Shown: positions 37,350 to 48,345 of the stretch, one piece after another
How positions within the stretch are numbered: position 1 is the stretch's first letter
Layout of the letters: each line of letters begins with the position of its first letter
Assembly (NCBI GenBank): GCA_045047305.1
Contig: JASFYO010000004.1
Coordinates: 1-64,000 of the forward strand
Reading direction: 5' to 3'
Length of the DNA stretch: 64,000 nt
DNA from: Planctomycetota bacterium
GTDB taxonomy: Bacteria > Planctomycetota > UBA1135
Notes under the pieces: model-generated
Seen by the model: the letters and a program-made list of their open reading frames with translations, nothing else
Told to the model about the DNA's origin: nothing
Databases searched by the model: none
Translations under genes and position numbers: made by a program

Positions 37350-38734
37350 TAGATGTTGCGGAAGCGTAGGGACTTAGCCAGCAATGGATCACCGACTGGA
37401 AGAAGTGCTTGCTTGGCGGAACGACGTGCAACGCCGAAGACCATGACACCAAACATTCCAACAACAAGGCTAACCTCCATGATCCCAAATGGGTTCTCGA
37501 AGCCAACTTCGCTGCGATGGTAGTTTGGCATCACCAGCCAATACATGTCGAGGAATTGCATCGTCAACATGTAATAAGCCCAACCCAAAAGGATATTGGT
37601 ATTGCGCTTCACATGCCGTGAAAGCAACCCACCGAACGGGATGATGAGATGGAATACCAACAGACACCAAGTCCAAGTGCTCCATCCTGCGGTGAGGCGA
37701 GCCCCGTAGAAGGCGGTTTCCTCAGGAAGGTTGGCGTACCAGATCAACATGAACTGGGAGAAAGCGATGTAACCCCAGAAGAAGGTGAATGCAAACAACC
37801 ATTTACCAAGGTCATGGTAATGCTCATCATGAATGACTTCTGTAAGCAGACCATTTTTCTGACAATACTTTGCCATGATGATGATCCAAGCAACTGAGCT
37901 CAAAAACGCGCCGGCAAAGATGTACACACCGAAAATCGTACTGAACCAAGTTTCATCGAGCGACATCAATAAGTCGAAGGAAGCGAAACTGATGGTAAAA
38001 GCGAAGATGATGATGGTGACAGCACTCTTCCGCTTCACGGCAAGAGTTGGGTCGTAATTTGGAGCCGTATCCTGCTCTACAGACTTCTTATAGAAGTAAC
38101 GCGACAGCAACATCCAAATCAGGAAGTATGCGAGTAAACGCCCAGCAAAGAACTTTCGATTCAGGAATGGAAACTTGTGCTCAACAAATTTCGTGTGTTC
38201 CGCATGAGCAAGTTTTTCCGCATTGCTGTGACCACCCTCGCCGGCATGTTGCTCAACAACAACGCCTTCAACAGCGTGACTTACTTCAGAAACATCTGCT
38301 GCAGCATCATGAGCTACCTCGTCAACTGCGATGACCGCACCATGTTCATCGTGGCCCATGGTTGCCCATTTCCACACGCTAACATCGTCGCTAAAGAGAG
38401 GGACCAAAAGTGGAAGCGCGAATAACGCTACCAATGGCATGTTCGCCATGCTCAATTCTGCCAAACGACGCACAGTCACGCTCCAGTGAGCATTCACCAT
38501 GTGCTGGAGGACGCTGAAGAACATGCTGCCCAAAGTAATGGTCAGCAAGAATGCAAACGCCACCAGATAGGCGAACCAGAAGTGAGTGTGTCCATCTTCT
38601 GCCCCATTCATGAACCCCAGCATGGCACCAACGCCAAGGCCGAGTATGGCAAGAAGCAAGCCTAGCTGGGTCGCCTTTTGCGCGACGTCCCCGGCTTGGT
38701 TATTACCTTTGAGATTAAGTTTTTCGAAACTCAT
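37349..38734 (-). CDS. actF: Alternative complex III subunit ActF (NrfD-like membrane subunit)
   Basis: WSVTVRRLAE, DLLMSL..TWFSTIFG, HDLGK, FSQFMLIWYANLPEE. Confidence 0.9.
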   Translation of the reverse strand: MSFEKLNLKGNNQAGDVAQKATQLGLLLAILGLGVGAMLGFMNGAEDGHTHFWFAYLVAFAFLLTITLGSMFFSVLQHMVNAHWSVTVRRLAELSMANMPLVALFALPLLVPLFSDDVSVWKWATMGHDEHGAVIAVDEVAHDAAADVSEVSHAVEGVVVEQHAGEGGHSNAEKLAHAEHTKFVEHKFPFLNRKFFAGRLLAYFLIWMLLSRYFYKKSVEQDTAPNYDPTLAVKRKSAVTIIIFAFTISFASFDLLMSLDETWFSTIFGVYIFAGAFLSSVAWIIIMAKYCQKNGLLTEVIHDEHYHDLGKWLFAFTFFWGYIAFSQFMLIWYANLPEETAFYGARLTAGWSTWTWCLLVFHLIIPFGGLLSRHVKRNTNILLGWAYYMLTMQFLDMYWLVMPNYHRSEVGFENPFGIMEVSLVVGMFGVMVFGVARRSAKQALLPVGDPLLAKSLRFRNI

Positions 38735-38744
38735 GGTTTCAGCC

Positions 38745-40238
38745 CTACTTCTGGGTCTTGAGGTATTCGATGAGATCCGAAATCTCTTCGTCGGTCAGAG
38801 GGTCACCAGCAAGAACCATGGCACCCTTGATGGCGCCTTGGCGAGTCTTAGCCGGTGGGTCGAGAATCGACTCTTTTATGTAGGCCTCATTTGCAATGAT
38901 GGTGTCGCCAGTATCGAGCGTTAGCTCCGAGCCAAGCAAACCATTCAGCGGAGGGCCGACGAGTGGGGTTCCATTCAAACTGTGACATCCCACACAGGTT
39001 TTCTGCGTGAACAGAATCTCACCGCGAGAGGCTGCACCGAGGGCTGCCATTTCTTCCGGAGAGAGTGCGTTCATCGCTTCGACTTCTTGTAGAACGCGCA
39101 AGTAGGCGATGATGGCCCAGCGGTCTTTGGCCGGGATCTGTGCCGCGTAACTAGGCATGGTGCGACGCCCATTTGAAATGGTTTCAAAGATTAAGCCGTC
39201 CGCCTGTTTTGCAATGAGGTCCACCGTAAGGTTGGTTGGAGGAACCCAAGTTGCGTGGCCGATGTCTGCCAACTTCATCGCGCGATGATGAATCAGACCT
39301 TTGCCTTTTCCATCCTCACCGTGACAAACTCCACAGTAGATTTCGAAGCGTTCTTGACCGCGATCAAGAAAGGCCTCAGTAACTTCCACCTGCGGAGGGA
39401 AGCTAGTGACGTACTCGCCATTCTCTTTCCCCGTTTCTAGAGAAGCGTGAATGAAGCGCTGATCTTGTGCAATGGTGCCAACAAGCTGATCGCGGGTCAT
39501 GCGCCCATCTTCAAACAACGTGGTTTCACCTTGCGCACGGAAACGATCCTGCTTGTCCATGTCTGGAATCAAGTGAACCCGAGGCTTCGTGGTGGTGCTT
39601 CCGTAAGAAGCATAGACCATGGCTGGCGGGACGAGCATCAAACAAGCAACCACCCAAAGGTTACCCTTGATTTTTGCTGGTAGCACACTTGGCTCGCTGG
39701 CCTCGAAGACTTCCTCGACTTGCAGAGCGCCAATCTCATTTAAAAGTGCCGTAGAAGAAGCGAGGTCGAACTTCTTGTCCTTGGCGTGCAAGGCAATGAA
39801 GAAGCTATCGTCGGTGGCGTGGGCAAAACGCTCGTTGCGGAACAACGGGTGGTACCAGCGTGGTAGACGGTTCGCGATCCACATTGAGAAAAAGGCTGTG
39901 AATGCCGCAAACAGAACCGTCATTTCAAAAATGATCGGGATGTTTGCTGGCAACGACCAAACCGGTTTACCGGAAATATCGTAGGTGTAATCCACAGCGT
40001 TGGTCCAATACTGAAGGTACATACCAGCAAGAAGACCGGTGATACCCATGATGAGGATGACCCAAGGCAAACGCGTGAAGCGAATACCCATGGCATCGTC
40101 TAATCCGTGTACTGGGAAAGGTGAGTGGCAATCCCACTTCTTGTAACCAGCATCGCGGACTTTTTCAGCAGCACGGTAAAGCGCAGTGACATCTTTGAAT
40201 TCAGCGACTACGCCGTAAAGTTCTTTGTCTGCAGTCAT
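38745..40238 (-). CDS. actDE: Alternative complex III ActD-ActE fusion (DUF3341 + cytochrome c) with an extra C-terminal cytochrome c
   Basis: SPFPVHG, GKP, FEMTVLF (ActD); PDMDKQ, CGVCHG, MPSYA, DRWAII (ActE); second heme CVGCH. Confidence 0.88.
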   Translation of the reverse strand: MTADKELYGVVAEFKDVTALYRAAEKVRDAGYKKWDCHSPFPVHGLDDAMGIRFTRLPWVILIMGITGLLAGMYLQYWTNAVDYTYDISGKPVWSLPANIPIIFEMTVLFAAFTAFFSMWIANRLPRWYHPLFRNERFAHATDDSFFIALHAKDKKFDLASSTALLNEIGALQVEEVFEASEPSVLPAKIKGNLWVVACLMLVPPAMVYASYGSTTTKPRVHLIPDMDKQDRFRAQGETTLFEDGRMTRDQLVGTIAQDQRFIHASLETGKENGEYVTSFPPQVEVTEAFLDRGQERFEIYCGVCHGEDGKGKGLIHHRAMKLADIGHATWVPPTNLTVDLIAKQADGLIFETISNGRRTMPSYAAQIPAKDRWAIIAYLRVLQEVEAMNALSPEEMAALGAASRGEILFTQKTCVGCHSLNGTPLVGPPLNGLLGSELTLDTGDTIIANEAYIKESILDPPAKTRQGAIKGAMVLAGDPLTDEEISDLIEYLKTQK

Positions 40239-40249
40239 CGTTTTTCCTC

Positions 40250-41635
40250 CTAGTGATCGTCGAGGTGAGGATGAGCCTGAGGCATGACGTTCTTGACTTC
40301 CGAGAGCGCAACCTGTGGCAGGTAGCGACAGAAGAGCATGAACAGAGTGAAGAAGAGACCGAAGCTACCCATGAGGGTGAGAACGTCGACCCAAGTCGGG
40401 CTGAAGTAATGCCAGCTCGAAGGTAGGAAGTCGCGGTTCAACGAGGTGACCACAATCACAAAGCGTTCAAACCACATACCAATGTTGACGAAGATCGACA
40501 TGATGAAAACCAACGGAAGGTTGCGGCGTGCTTTCTTGAACCAGAAAATCTGTGGTGAAAGAACGTTGCAGCTGACCATGATCCAGTAACCCCACCAGTA
40601 AGGACCGAAGGCGCGGTTGACGAAGGTGAAGCCCTCGTAAGCATTGCCCGAGTACCAAGCCATGAAGAATTCCATGGAGTAGGCGTATCCAACCATCATC
40701 CCGGTTGCCATGATCACCTTACACATGTTGTCGATGTGTCGCAGGGTAATCAGCTCCTCGAGGTGGAACATCTTGCGTGCCGGAATCGAGAGTGTAAGCA
40801 CCATCGCGAAACCGGAGAAGATTGCACCCGCAACAAAGTAAGGTGGAAGAATCGTGGTGTGCCAACCGGAAAGTTGCGATGTCGCGAAGTCAAATGACAC
40901 GACCGAGTGCACGGAAAGTACCAGTGGCGTAGCGAGTGCTGCCAAGATGAGATAGACGCGCTCATAGCGATGCCAGTGACGGTTTGATCCGTTCCAACCC
41001 AAGGCAAACAAGCCATACCAAAACCTCTTGGCTTTTGTCTTTGCACGATCACGCACCGTAGCGAGGTCAGGCACGAGGCCCATGTACCAAAAGAGAAGCG
41101 AGACGGAAAAGTAAGTGGAGACCGCAAAAACATCCCACAGCAGTGGCGAACGGAAGTTTGGCCACATCGACATCTGGTTCGGAATCGGGAACACCCACCA
41201 AATCACCCAAATACGACCGACGTGAATCGCCGGGAACATACCTGCACAGATGACCGCGAAAATCGTCATCGCTTCCGCAAAGCGGTTAATGCCAGTTCGC
41301 CAATCCTGACGGAAGAGAAACAGCACAGCCGAAATCAGCGTACCCGCGTGACCAATACCAACCCAGAACACGAAGTTCACGATTGGCCAGCCCCAAGCAA
41401 CTGGCTGGTTGTTACCCCAAACACCAACACCCGTGGTGATGAGATAGACAATCATGGCGCCAAGCACACCCAAGAAAGCGACCGCAATGGTGAAGATGAT
41501 GTACCAAGACTTTGGTGGCTTGGGAGCTTCAAGAACTCCACAGACCATTTCGGTTACGGTGTGAAAATCGTTTTCACCTTGAACGAGTGCTTCAGGGAAG
41601 ATGTCTCGCTCGTCAACAGGAGTTGCATTAACCAT
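40250..41635 (-). CDS. actC: Alternative complex III subunit ActC (NrfD/polysulfide reductase family, quinol site)
   Basis: [51 protein letters not shown]. Confidence 0.95.
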   Translation of the reverse strand: MVNATPVDERDIFPEALVQGENDFHTVTEMVCGVLEAPKPPKSWYIIFTIAVAFLGVLGAMIVYLITTGVGVWGNNQPVAWGWPIVNFVFWVGIGHAGTLISAVLFLFRQDWRTGINRFAEAMTIFAVICAGMFPAIHVGRIWVIWWVFPIPNQMSMWPNFRSPLLWDVFAVSTYFSVSLLFWYMGLVPDLATVRDRAKTKAKRFWYGLFALGWNGSNRHWHRYERVYLILAALATPLVLSVHSVVSFDFATSQLSGWHTTILPPYFVAGAIFSGFAMVLTLSIPARKMFHLEELITLRHIDNMCKVIMATGMMVGYAYSMEFFMAWYSGNAYEGFTFVNRAFGPYWWGYWIMVSCNVLSPQIFWFKKARRNLPLVFIMSIFVNIGMWFERFVIVVTSLNRDFLPSSWHYFSPTWVDVLTLMGSFGLFFTLFMLFCRYLPQVALSEVKNVMPQAHPHLDDH

Positions 41636-44624
41636 GGCTGACGACCTCCTCAGATACCGCGACGGTTTCTAGCGAAGGATGTGGATTGCGGATGCGCGCA
41701 AGGAAGGAGATCCGCGGTTTGTTGTTCAACTCCGGGAGCAGCTTGTAGGCGCGGTCATCGGCCTGGGTCTTGAGAACCCGACTGCCTTTATCGAGAAGAT
41801 CACCAAAGGTGATGGCATCTGCTGGACAGACTTGCTCACAAGCGACCTGAACCACCCCATCTTGAATGCGTGTTTCGCGCTCAGCATTGCGGGTATCAAT
41901 CCGCGCACGCTCGATGCGTTGCACACAGAAGGAGCATTTCTCCATCACACCGCGGGAGCGCACCGTTACGTCTGGATTCGCTGCCATGGCAAGGACTTCG
42001 TTGCCAGGCTTGGCCGCATCCTTGTTGAAGTTAAAGAAGTTGAAGCGGCGCACTTTGTATGGGCAGTTGTTTGCGCAGTAGCGCGTGCCGATACAACGGT
42101 TGTAAACCATGTCGTTAAGGCCTTCCTGACTGTGCGTTGTTGCAGCTACCGGACAGACGCTCTCACATGGTGCCAACTCGCAATGTGCGCAGTTGATGGG
42201 CTGGTTGATGGCCGTTGGATTCTCGACGTCGCCGAGGAAGTAACGGTCCATGCGAATCCAAGCCATCTCGCGGCCGCGAAGCACTTGCTCCTTGCCGACC
42301 ACAGCAACGTTGTTCTCAGACTGACAAGCAATGGTGCAGTTTCCACATCCAGTACAAGATGCCAAGTCAATCGACATCCCCCACTTGTGGTCCGTGACCT
42401 TGTCCTTATCTAGCTCTTGCCACAGAGTCGTCTCTGAACCCCAGTAATCTGCTGCCGCCTTGGCGAACAGTGGATCCTTCTTGAACTCGGACAAGGAACC
42501 TTCCTTCACCAATTCCGGCAGACGCTCTTGCGTTCCTTCCGCACCAATCGCATCCATCGCAAAGTGATCCTGCGTGGTGGCGAGGCGGTAATGGCCTTTC
42601 GTTGCAGTGACGTTCACCGCAGTGAGGTCCATGGCATCGGAACCGCGCAAACTGAAGGTGTTAAAACCAACAGGCTCAATCGCATCGTCGTTGAGACCCG
42701 CGACGTGACCGGCATCGGTGCGTCCGTAACCGTAGGCGAGGGTAATCGAATCGTCGGCGTGCCCCGGCATTAGGTAGACCGCGACCTCGAGGGTGCGACC
42801 GTTCACCTCTAGCTTGACCATGCCTTCGTGGTTTACGCCAAGACGCTTGCCAGTAGCAAAGGACATGAGTGCTGCGTTATCCCAAGTGAGCTTGGTCATT
42901 GGGTCCGGCAACTCTTGCAACCAACCAAGGTTGGCGTAGCGGCCATCGCGAATCGCGAAGTGAGGCGTGAAACGAAGCTCCATGCCCTCCGCTACAGGTG
43001 CGAGGTCCGGCAACGAAGCCAGGCTCACCTTCAATGCAGTGGCGGATGAACCTGCAATTATTCCATCGAGCAGAGCGTTATGCCAAGCGCTATCGGAGAG
43101 GCCAGCGGTTTGGCGAACTATGTCCATCGACGACTCGTGCTTGCCGAGCATCATGGAAATCATTTCGCAAGCCGATTTGCCCTTCCAAAGAGGAGTAATC
43201 AGTGGCTGACCAATCGAGCGAGTGCCGTCGGCGCCAAGGCCATCGGTCCAAGCTTCGAGGTCATGCGCCATCGGCATGTGATAAGAACACTTGCGCGAGG
43301 TCTCATCGCGGTACTCACTGAGGTGAATGCTGTTGGTAACTTTGCCCAGCGCCGCGCCAAACTCAAGGTCGGCAGGCATGGTGAAGGTTGGGTTGCCACC
43401 AAGAATGACGAGATTCTCAATCTCCCCGGCATTCATTTTGCCAACGAGAGCCTTGACCGCGCCCATTCCAGAACCGACGGCGGTTGCAGGGAGGTAATTC
43501 ACGGTGCGACCAAGCGCGCCGATTTGCACGTTCAATGCTGCGACGTGCGCGTGGACTTCTGCAGGCTGGTTCGGGCCACAAGTAAGAACAGCTGCGCCCT
43601 TATTGTGGTTCAGGTCATCGACCAAGGCATCGAGGAAGGCATCGGCGCCTTTCGCGTCAAGCACTGGGGCAGAACCACCATTCAACTTCGCGCTCAGAGC
43701 AGTAACAAAGCTACCGATGTCCGAGGAACGCAAAGGAAGGCGGTGATCCGCAAAACCACCGGTGACGGTGAAGTTTGCCTCAATCGAGTAGATGCGGCTC
43801 ATCCACTCAGCGTTCGGCTTGCGCTTAGCGGCAGCCTCACGGGTTAGGCGAACCGCAGATGGGCCTTCGGTCAAGAAATCGTCATCCAGTGCGACAATAA
43901 TCTTGGCATCGGCCATGTTGTAGTAAGGACGCGCCGCCTGGTTAAAGGCAAGACGACAACCCTCCACTTCGGCGCTGCGGTCGTTAGCGGAGTACTCGAC
44001 CCAAGTTGCCGACGGGTGCGCCTGCATAAACGCAGCCTTCATCCGAGCGATACTTGGAGAAGTGGTTGGCTCGGAAAGAACCGCAACCTTTGCTCCAGCG
44101 CCACTGTTTTGGATGCCGCCAAGTGCAGCCTTAACCGCATCAACGCTGACATCGCTTTCGACGCCATCGGTGTAGCTTGCGGCAGAGCGACTGCGGTCTG
44201 GATCGTAGAGACCCAAAGTTGCAGCCTGCGCGGTTGCCGAAGTCGCTCCCAGCGATTCCGGATGCCCAGTGTTACCTTCAATCTTGGTTGGGTGGCCGTC
44301 GAAGCTAGTCACCATGACGCCTTCCGCAAAACCATCTCGGTTAAGAATGGTTGCGAATGCGCGTGGTGTGCCCGGAACGGTTCCCGGAGTGCGGGAAACT
44401 ACAGGCAGTAGCTTTTCCTGGTCCCAACGACAACTTGCAGTAGCAAGGGCAACTGAAGCACCCATCAACTGCAAAAAGCGGCGACGTGAAGTTTGTGTCC
44501 ATTCCTCTTCAGGCTCAGACTGGAACTCGTTGGCCATCAGCTCTTTGAACTCGGTCGTTTGACCAAGGTCGTTGAGGCTGCGCCAGTAACGTTTCGTAGA
44601 TGCGGAACGATTCATCGGTGACAA
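41628..44624 (-). CDS. actB: Alternative complex III subunit ActB (molybdopterin-oxidoreductase-like + Fe-S domain, Tat)
   Basis: [31 protein letters not shown]; Fe-S motifs [41 protein letters not shown]. Confidence 0.95.
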   Translation of the reverse strand: MSPMNRSASTKRYWRSLNDLGQTTEFKELMANEFQSEPEEEWTQTSRRRFLQLMGASVALATASCRWDQEKLLPVVSRTPGTVPGTPRAFATILNRDGFAEGVMVTSFDGHPTKIEGNTGHPESLGATSATAQAATLGLYDPDRSRSAASYTDGVESDVSVDAVKAALGGIQNSGAGAKVAVLSEPTTSPSIARMKAAFMQAHPSATWVEYSANDRSAEVEGCRLAFNQAARPYYNMADAKIIVALDDDFLTEGPSAVRLTREAAAKRKPNAEWMSRIYSIEANFTVTGGFADHRLPLRSSDIGSFVTALSAKLNGGSAPVLDAKGADAFLDALVDDLNHNKGAAVLTCGPNQPAEVHAHVAALNVQIGALGRTVNYLPATAVGSGMGAVKALVGKMNAGEIENLVILGGNPTFTMPADLEFGAALGKVTNSIHLSEYRDETSRKCSYHMPMAHDLEAWTDGLGADGTRSIGQPLITPLWKGKSACEMISMMLGKHESSMDIVRQTAGLSDSAWHNALLDGIIAGSSATALKVSLASLPDLAPVAEGMELRFTPHFAIRDGRYANLGWLQELPDPMTKLTWDNAALMSFATGKRLGVNHEGMVKLEVNGRTLEVAVYLMPGHADDSITLAYGYGRTDAGHVAGLNDDAIEPVGFNTFSLRGSDAMDLTAVNVTATKGHYRLATTQDHFAMDAIGAEGTQERLPELVKEGSLSEFKKDPLFAKAAADYWGSETTLWQELDKDKVTDHKWGMSIDLASCTGCGNCTIACQSENNVAVVGKEQVLRGREMAWIRMDRYFLGDVENPTAINQPINCAHCELAPCESVCPVAATTHSQEGLNDMVYNRCIGTRYCANNCPYKVRRFNFFNFNKDAAKPGNEVLAMAANPDVTVRSRGVMEKCSFCVQRIERARIDTRNAERETRIQDGVVQVACEQVCPADAITFGDLLDKGSRVLKTQADDRAYKLLPELNNKPRISFLARIRNPHPSLETVAVSEEVVSHG

Positions 44625-45262
44625 GTAGTGCAGTCTTGGCGTGGGTGGATGTGGTTTTCTTCCATGAGACGTTCGCCTAACTCGAAGCGGTCTTCATGAG
44701 TTTCCCAACCGAGGTCGGTAACCAACTCGCGGGGGCGCAAGTGGGTTTGTGGTTCACGGTGACACTCAAGGCACCATCCCATGGAAAGCGGCTCTTCTTG
44801 ACGTACGCGCTCCATCTGGTCAACGCGGCCGTGGCATTCGACACAACTGACGCCGGCACTCAAGTGAGCGCTGTGATTGAAGTATGCGAACTCAGGAAGG
44901 TCGTGTACGCGCACCCACTCCACAGGCTTGCCCGTTTCCGCACTCTCGAACAGCGGCTTCAAAAGCGGACTGTCGGTGCGAATGCTCTTGTGGCAGTTCA
45001 TGCAAGTTGAAGTTGGAGGGATCGCAGCCATCGCACCCTTCTCAACGGTGTTGTGGCAGTAGCGACAGTCCATCTCCAATTCACCTGCGTGAAGAGCATG
45101 ACTAAATGGGATCGGCTGTTCCGGCGCGTAACCTACGTTGAGGTTCTCAGCCGAAAATGCATAAGCCATCAAAACCACCGCGTAAACGGGGATTAAGATT
45201 GCTGCGAAACCCATGACTGGACGAATCGAATCCGTCCACCGTGGAAAGTGGTAGGCACTCAT
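44612..45262 (-). CDS. actA: Alternative complex III subunit ActA (pentaheme cytochrome c)
   Basis: Five CxxCH (CRYCH, CMNCH, CVECH, CLECH, CTTCH); PEQPIPFSH. Confidence 0.95.
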   Translation of the reverse strand: MSAYHFPRWTDSIRPVMGFAAILIPVYAVVLMAYAFSAENLNVGYAPEQPIPFSHALHAGELEMDCRYCHNTVEKGAMAAIPPTSTCMNCHKSIRTDSPLLKPLFESAETGKPVEWVRVHDLPEFAYFNHSAHLSAGVSCVECHGRVDQMERVRQEEPLSMGWCLECHREPQTHLRPRELVTDLGWETHEDRFELGERLMEENHIHPRQDCTTCHR

Positions 45263-45394
45263 TTGGAAGCGGGAGTTCTTCCACCGGGGGTCTGCTCATG
45301 AAGCCATGAGTTCGGACACGCGGTTTTGGCCGCAAAGTTTAACGGTTCCCTATGAATCCTGAAAGTAGGCATACGCAAAGACCTGAAATATTTT

Positions 45395-45423
45395 CCTAAG
45401 TCTTGGAATTTCTAGGACTTAGG
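45395..45423. promoter_or_regulatory. Inverted repeat CCTAAGTC...GACTTAGG upstream of actA
   Basis: TAAGTC-N13-GACTTA core; a similar TAAGTG-N13-GCTTTA copy at 45490-45514. Confidence 0.4.
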
Positions 45424-45511
45424 GCGTTATTGAGACCTGCTCGCAAGTAGGCAAAGAGGGCCTTATATTTCCCTCTTGAGAAAGTCCCCTAAGTGCCGCA
45501 GTCTCGGTGCT

Positions 45512-46660
45512 TTAGAGCGGAAACTTACCTTGCATCCGCTCCGCGTCGCCCTGTTCGGCCACAATTCGGAGGGCTTCAATGACCTGACGGGTCAGATGTT
45601 TCGGCGGCACCGCATATACATCGGTGACCAAGGACTCCAATTCCGGGTCCCCCACTTGCTCGGCATGCTCGATGGCAGCCCTAATTTCGCTGGCTAGTGC
45701 GGAAGAAATCTCTTGGCGCAGCGCCTCCGTGAGAAGACCCTTTTGGGTCAGGAAGGATTCCATCCGCGAAAGAGGGTCGCGCTGAGACCAATACTTCACC
45801 TCTGCGTCGTCGCGGTAGCGGGTTGGATCGTCGGAACTAGAGTGCCCACCCATGCGATAACTACGCAGAGCGACCAAACTCGGACCTTCTCCAGAGCGGG
45901 CGCGGTCGGCAGCCTCTTGAACGGCATCAAATACCGCAACGGGGTCATTCCCGTCCACGTCGGCGCCGGGCATTCCATACGCCTTAGCCTTTGCGCCGTA
46001 AGAACTGGCGGCTGTTTGCCTCGCGCTGGGCACCGAAATCGCCCAACCATTATCGATGATGACGAACACCACCGGCGCTTTGGTCACGGCAGCAAAGTTC
46101 ATCGCGCTATGAAATCCGTTCGCGGAGGTTGCGCCGTCCCCGGTGTATGCCAAGACCACATTTTTTTCGCCGCGCACTTTCATGGCGAGTGCTGCACCGA
46201 CCGCGTGCGGCAGTTGCGTTCCAAGCACGCTCGACCACGATGGAAAGTTCACTGCGGCACATTGAAAGTGGTTCGGCATCTGCCGCCCTTTCGCCGAGTC
46301 TTCCGCATTCCCAAACATATGCGCCACGTATTCCTGAATCGGCATGCCACGTTGGATGGTCACTCCCCCTTCGCGCAGTGCGGAGTAAATCCAATCATCC
46401 TTTCCGAACACTGCGGCCGAGGCATGGATGGCAGCTTCTTGCCCGGTCGATGTGCCGACAAAAGCAACCCGACCTTGACGTTGCAGTTTTAACATCCGGT
46501 CGTCCATCACCCGCGTGCATAGCATCGCGTGGTAGATCGACATTAAGGTTTCATCATTGGGGACGATGCCTTTGTAACTCTTCAACAAAGCGGATCCATC
46601 CTCCCGCAAAGCTTTGCGCAAGGTCACTCCCTTCTGATCGAGTAACCGGATGTCGGACAT
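45512..46660 (-). CDS. 2-oxoacid dehydrogenase E1 alpha subunit (second copy, branched-chain type)
   Basis: LQRQG, GRQMPNH, TPP motif GDGA...N, GGHSSSDDP. Confidence 0.9.
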   Translation of the reverse strand: MSDIRLLDQKGVTLRKALREDGSALLKSYKGIVPNDETLMSIYHAMLCTRVMDDRMLKLQRQGRVAFVGTSTGQEAAIHASAAVFGKDDWIYSALREGGVTIQRGMPIQEYVAHMFGNAEDSAKGRQMPNHFQCAAVNFPSWSSVLGTQLPHAVGAALAMKVRGEKNVVLAYTGDGATSANGFHSAMNFAAVTKAPVVFVIIDNGWAISVPSARQTAASSYGAKAKAYGMPGADVDGNDPVAVFDAVQEAADRARSGEGPSLVALRSYRMGGHSSSDDPTRYRDDAEVKYWSQRDPLSRMESFLTQKGLLTEALRQEISSALASEIRAAIEHAEQVGDPELESLVTDVYAVPPKHLTRQVIEALRIVAEQGDAERMQGKFPL

Positions 46661-46672
46661 CTTGGTTTCTGC

Positions 46673-48334
46673 CTACAGCAGCATCAGTGCTGGGTCTTCC
46701 AATAGTTCGCGCACGCGCACCATAAAGCGCGCACCATCGGCGCCGTCCACAATGCGGTGGTCAATGCTAATCGAAAGGTTCATCACCATGGCCGCAACGA
46801 TGTCATCGCCTTTGCAGCGTGGCATCTTGCGCATCGAGTGCACGCCCATGATGGCGGCTTCAGGATAGTTGATGATCGGAGTTGCGAGTACTCCACCAAT
46901 ACTTCCCGCATTACTAATCGAGAAAGTGCTGTCGGAGAAATCAGCGGGCTTCAACTTGCCAGTGCGCGCACGTGCGGCAATGTCCATCAAGTCGGCAGAC
47001 AACTGCAGAATGTTCTTCAAGTTTGCGTCCTTGATCACCGGGACCATCAAGCCATTCGGCGTGTCGACAGCGATACCCAGGTTGACGTAGTGCTTCTCCT
47101 TAATGAAACCCGCTTCCTCATCTAACTCTGCGTTGAGTTGTGGGTATTCGGTCAAGGCCATGGCGGTCGCCTTCATGATGTAGCCCATGTAAGTCACCTT
47201 GACGCCATAACGCTCGCCAACCTTCTTGGCCTTGCCACGCGCTTCGATCATCTCGGTGCAATCGACTTCCTCAATTAAGGAAAAGTGCGTTGCGGTGAAC
47301 TTAGAGCGCACCATGGCTTCCGCAGTCTTGCGACGGATGCCACGGAATGGAATCTCCTTCACTTCGCGTGCACCCATGACTTGTGGGAAGCTTGGCAGTG
47401 CAGCAACTGGCGCGGCTGCTGGAGCTGCGGCGACGGGCGGAGCAGCCACTGGCGGTGCAGCCACTGGGACAGCTGCTACTGCGGGTGCGGCAATCGGAGC
47501 TGCCGCTGGAGCTGCGCCAGCTGATGCTGCCGCGCGGACATCTTCAGGCTTCACCCGACCGTTGGGGCCACTGCCGTTGATGGTGGTTAAATCCACACTC
47601 AACTCGCGCGCTAAACGACGGGTTGCCGGTGCGGCAAGAACCTTGCGATTGGGGTCTGCAGGCACCAAGTTTGCGGCTGGTGCGGCTACGGCGGCAGGTG
47701 CGGCAACGTTGGATGCTGCTGCAGGTGCGGCGGCGACAGCACCACCACCACTGGTTGCAATGATGAAGATGACATCGCCAACTTTGGCAACTTCACCTTC
47801 AGCGACCAAGGTCTTTTGCAAAACGCCTGCAGCTGGAGCAGGAATCTCGACCGTAGCTTTGTCGGTCATCACTTCCACGATGGGATCGTCTTCCGCAATG
47901 GTGTCACCTTCTTTGGCAATCCACTGCACGATTTCACCTTCGTGCACACCTTCACCGATGTCGGGTAGTTGGAACTCAAGCGTTCCACCGCCAGCAGCTG
48001 GTGCTGCGGCTGCGACAGCCGGAGCTTCCACGGCAGGAGACACAACTGGGGCAGCTTCTGCGGCAGGTGCCGGAGCTGCAGCAGCGCCACCCGCACCACT
48101 TTCAATCACGAAGATGACATCGCCAACATTCGCGACATCGCCTTCCGCAAACAAATGCTTGGATACGGTGCCCGACGCTGGTGCAGGAATCTCCACCGTT
48201 GCTTTGTCGGTCATCACTTCGACCACCGGATCATCTTCCTGGACTGCGGCACCTTCGGCCACAATCCAACGCACGATTTCACCTTCGTGGACACCTTCGC
48301 CGATGTCCGGGAGTTGGAACTCAAGAGTAGTCAT
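46673..48334 (-). CDS. 2-oxoacid dehydrogenase E2, dihydrolipoamide acyltransferase with two lipoyl domains
   Basis: Two LPDIGEG...EVMTDKA lipoyl domains, Ala/Pro linkers, AAPATRRLARE, DHRIVDG. Confidence 0.95.
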   Translation of the reverse strand: MTTLEFQLPDIGEGVHEGEIVRWIVAEGAAVQEDDPVVEVMTDKATVEIPAPASGTVSKHLFAEGDVANVGDVIFVIESGAGGAAAAPAPAAEAAPVVSPAVEAPAVAAAAPAAGGGTLEFQLPDIGEGVHEGEIVQWIAKEGDTIAEDDPIVEVMTDKATVEIPAPAAGVLQKTLVAEGEVAKVGDVIFIIATSGGGAVAAAPAAASNVAAPAAVAAPAANLVPADPNRKVLAAPATRRLARELSVDLTTINGSGPNGRVKPEDVRAAASAGAAPAAAPIAAPAVAAVPVAAPPVAAPPVAAAPAAAPVAALPSFPQVMGAREVKEIPFRGIRRKTAEAMVRSKFTATHFSLIEEVDCTEMIEARGKAKKVGERYGVKVTYMGYIMKATAMALTEYPQLNAELDEEAGFIKEKHYVNLGIAVDTPNGLMVPVIKDANLKNILQLSADLMDIAARARTGKLKPADFSDSTFSISNAGSIGGVLATPIINYPEAAIMGVHSMRKMPRCKGDDIVAAMVMNLSISIDHRIVDGADGARFMVRVRELLEDPALMLL

Positions 48335-48345
48335 GATTTTTTGTT

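Noticed and set aside
41628..44624. Molybdoenzyme catalytic subunit
   Set aside because: Context (actA, actC, actDE, actF) and fused Fe-S domain identify ActB, which is known to lack the Mo cofactor
47770..48330. Near-duplicate DNA segments of about 230 nt
   Set aside because: They encode the two lipoyl domains of E2, not a mobile repeat
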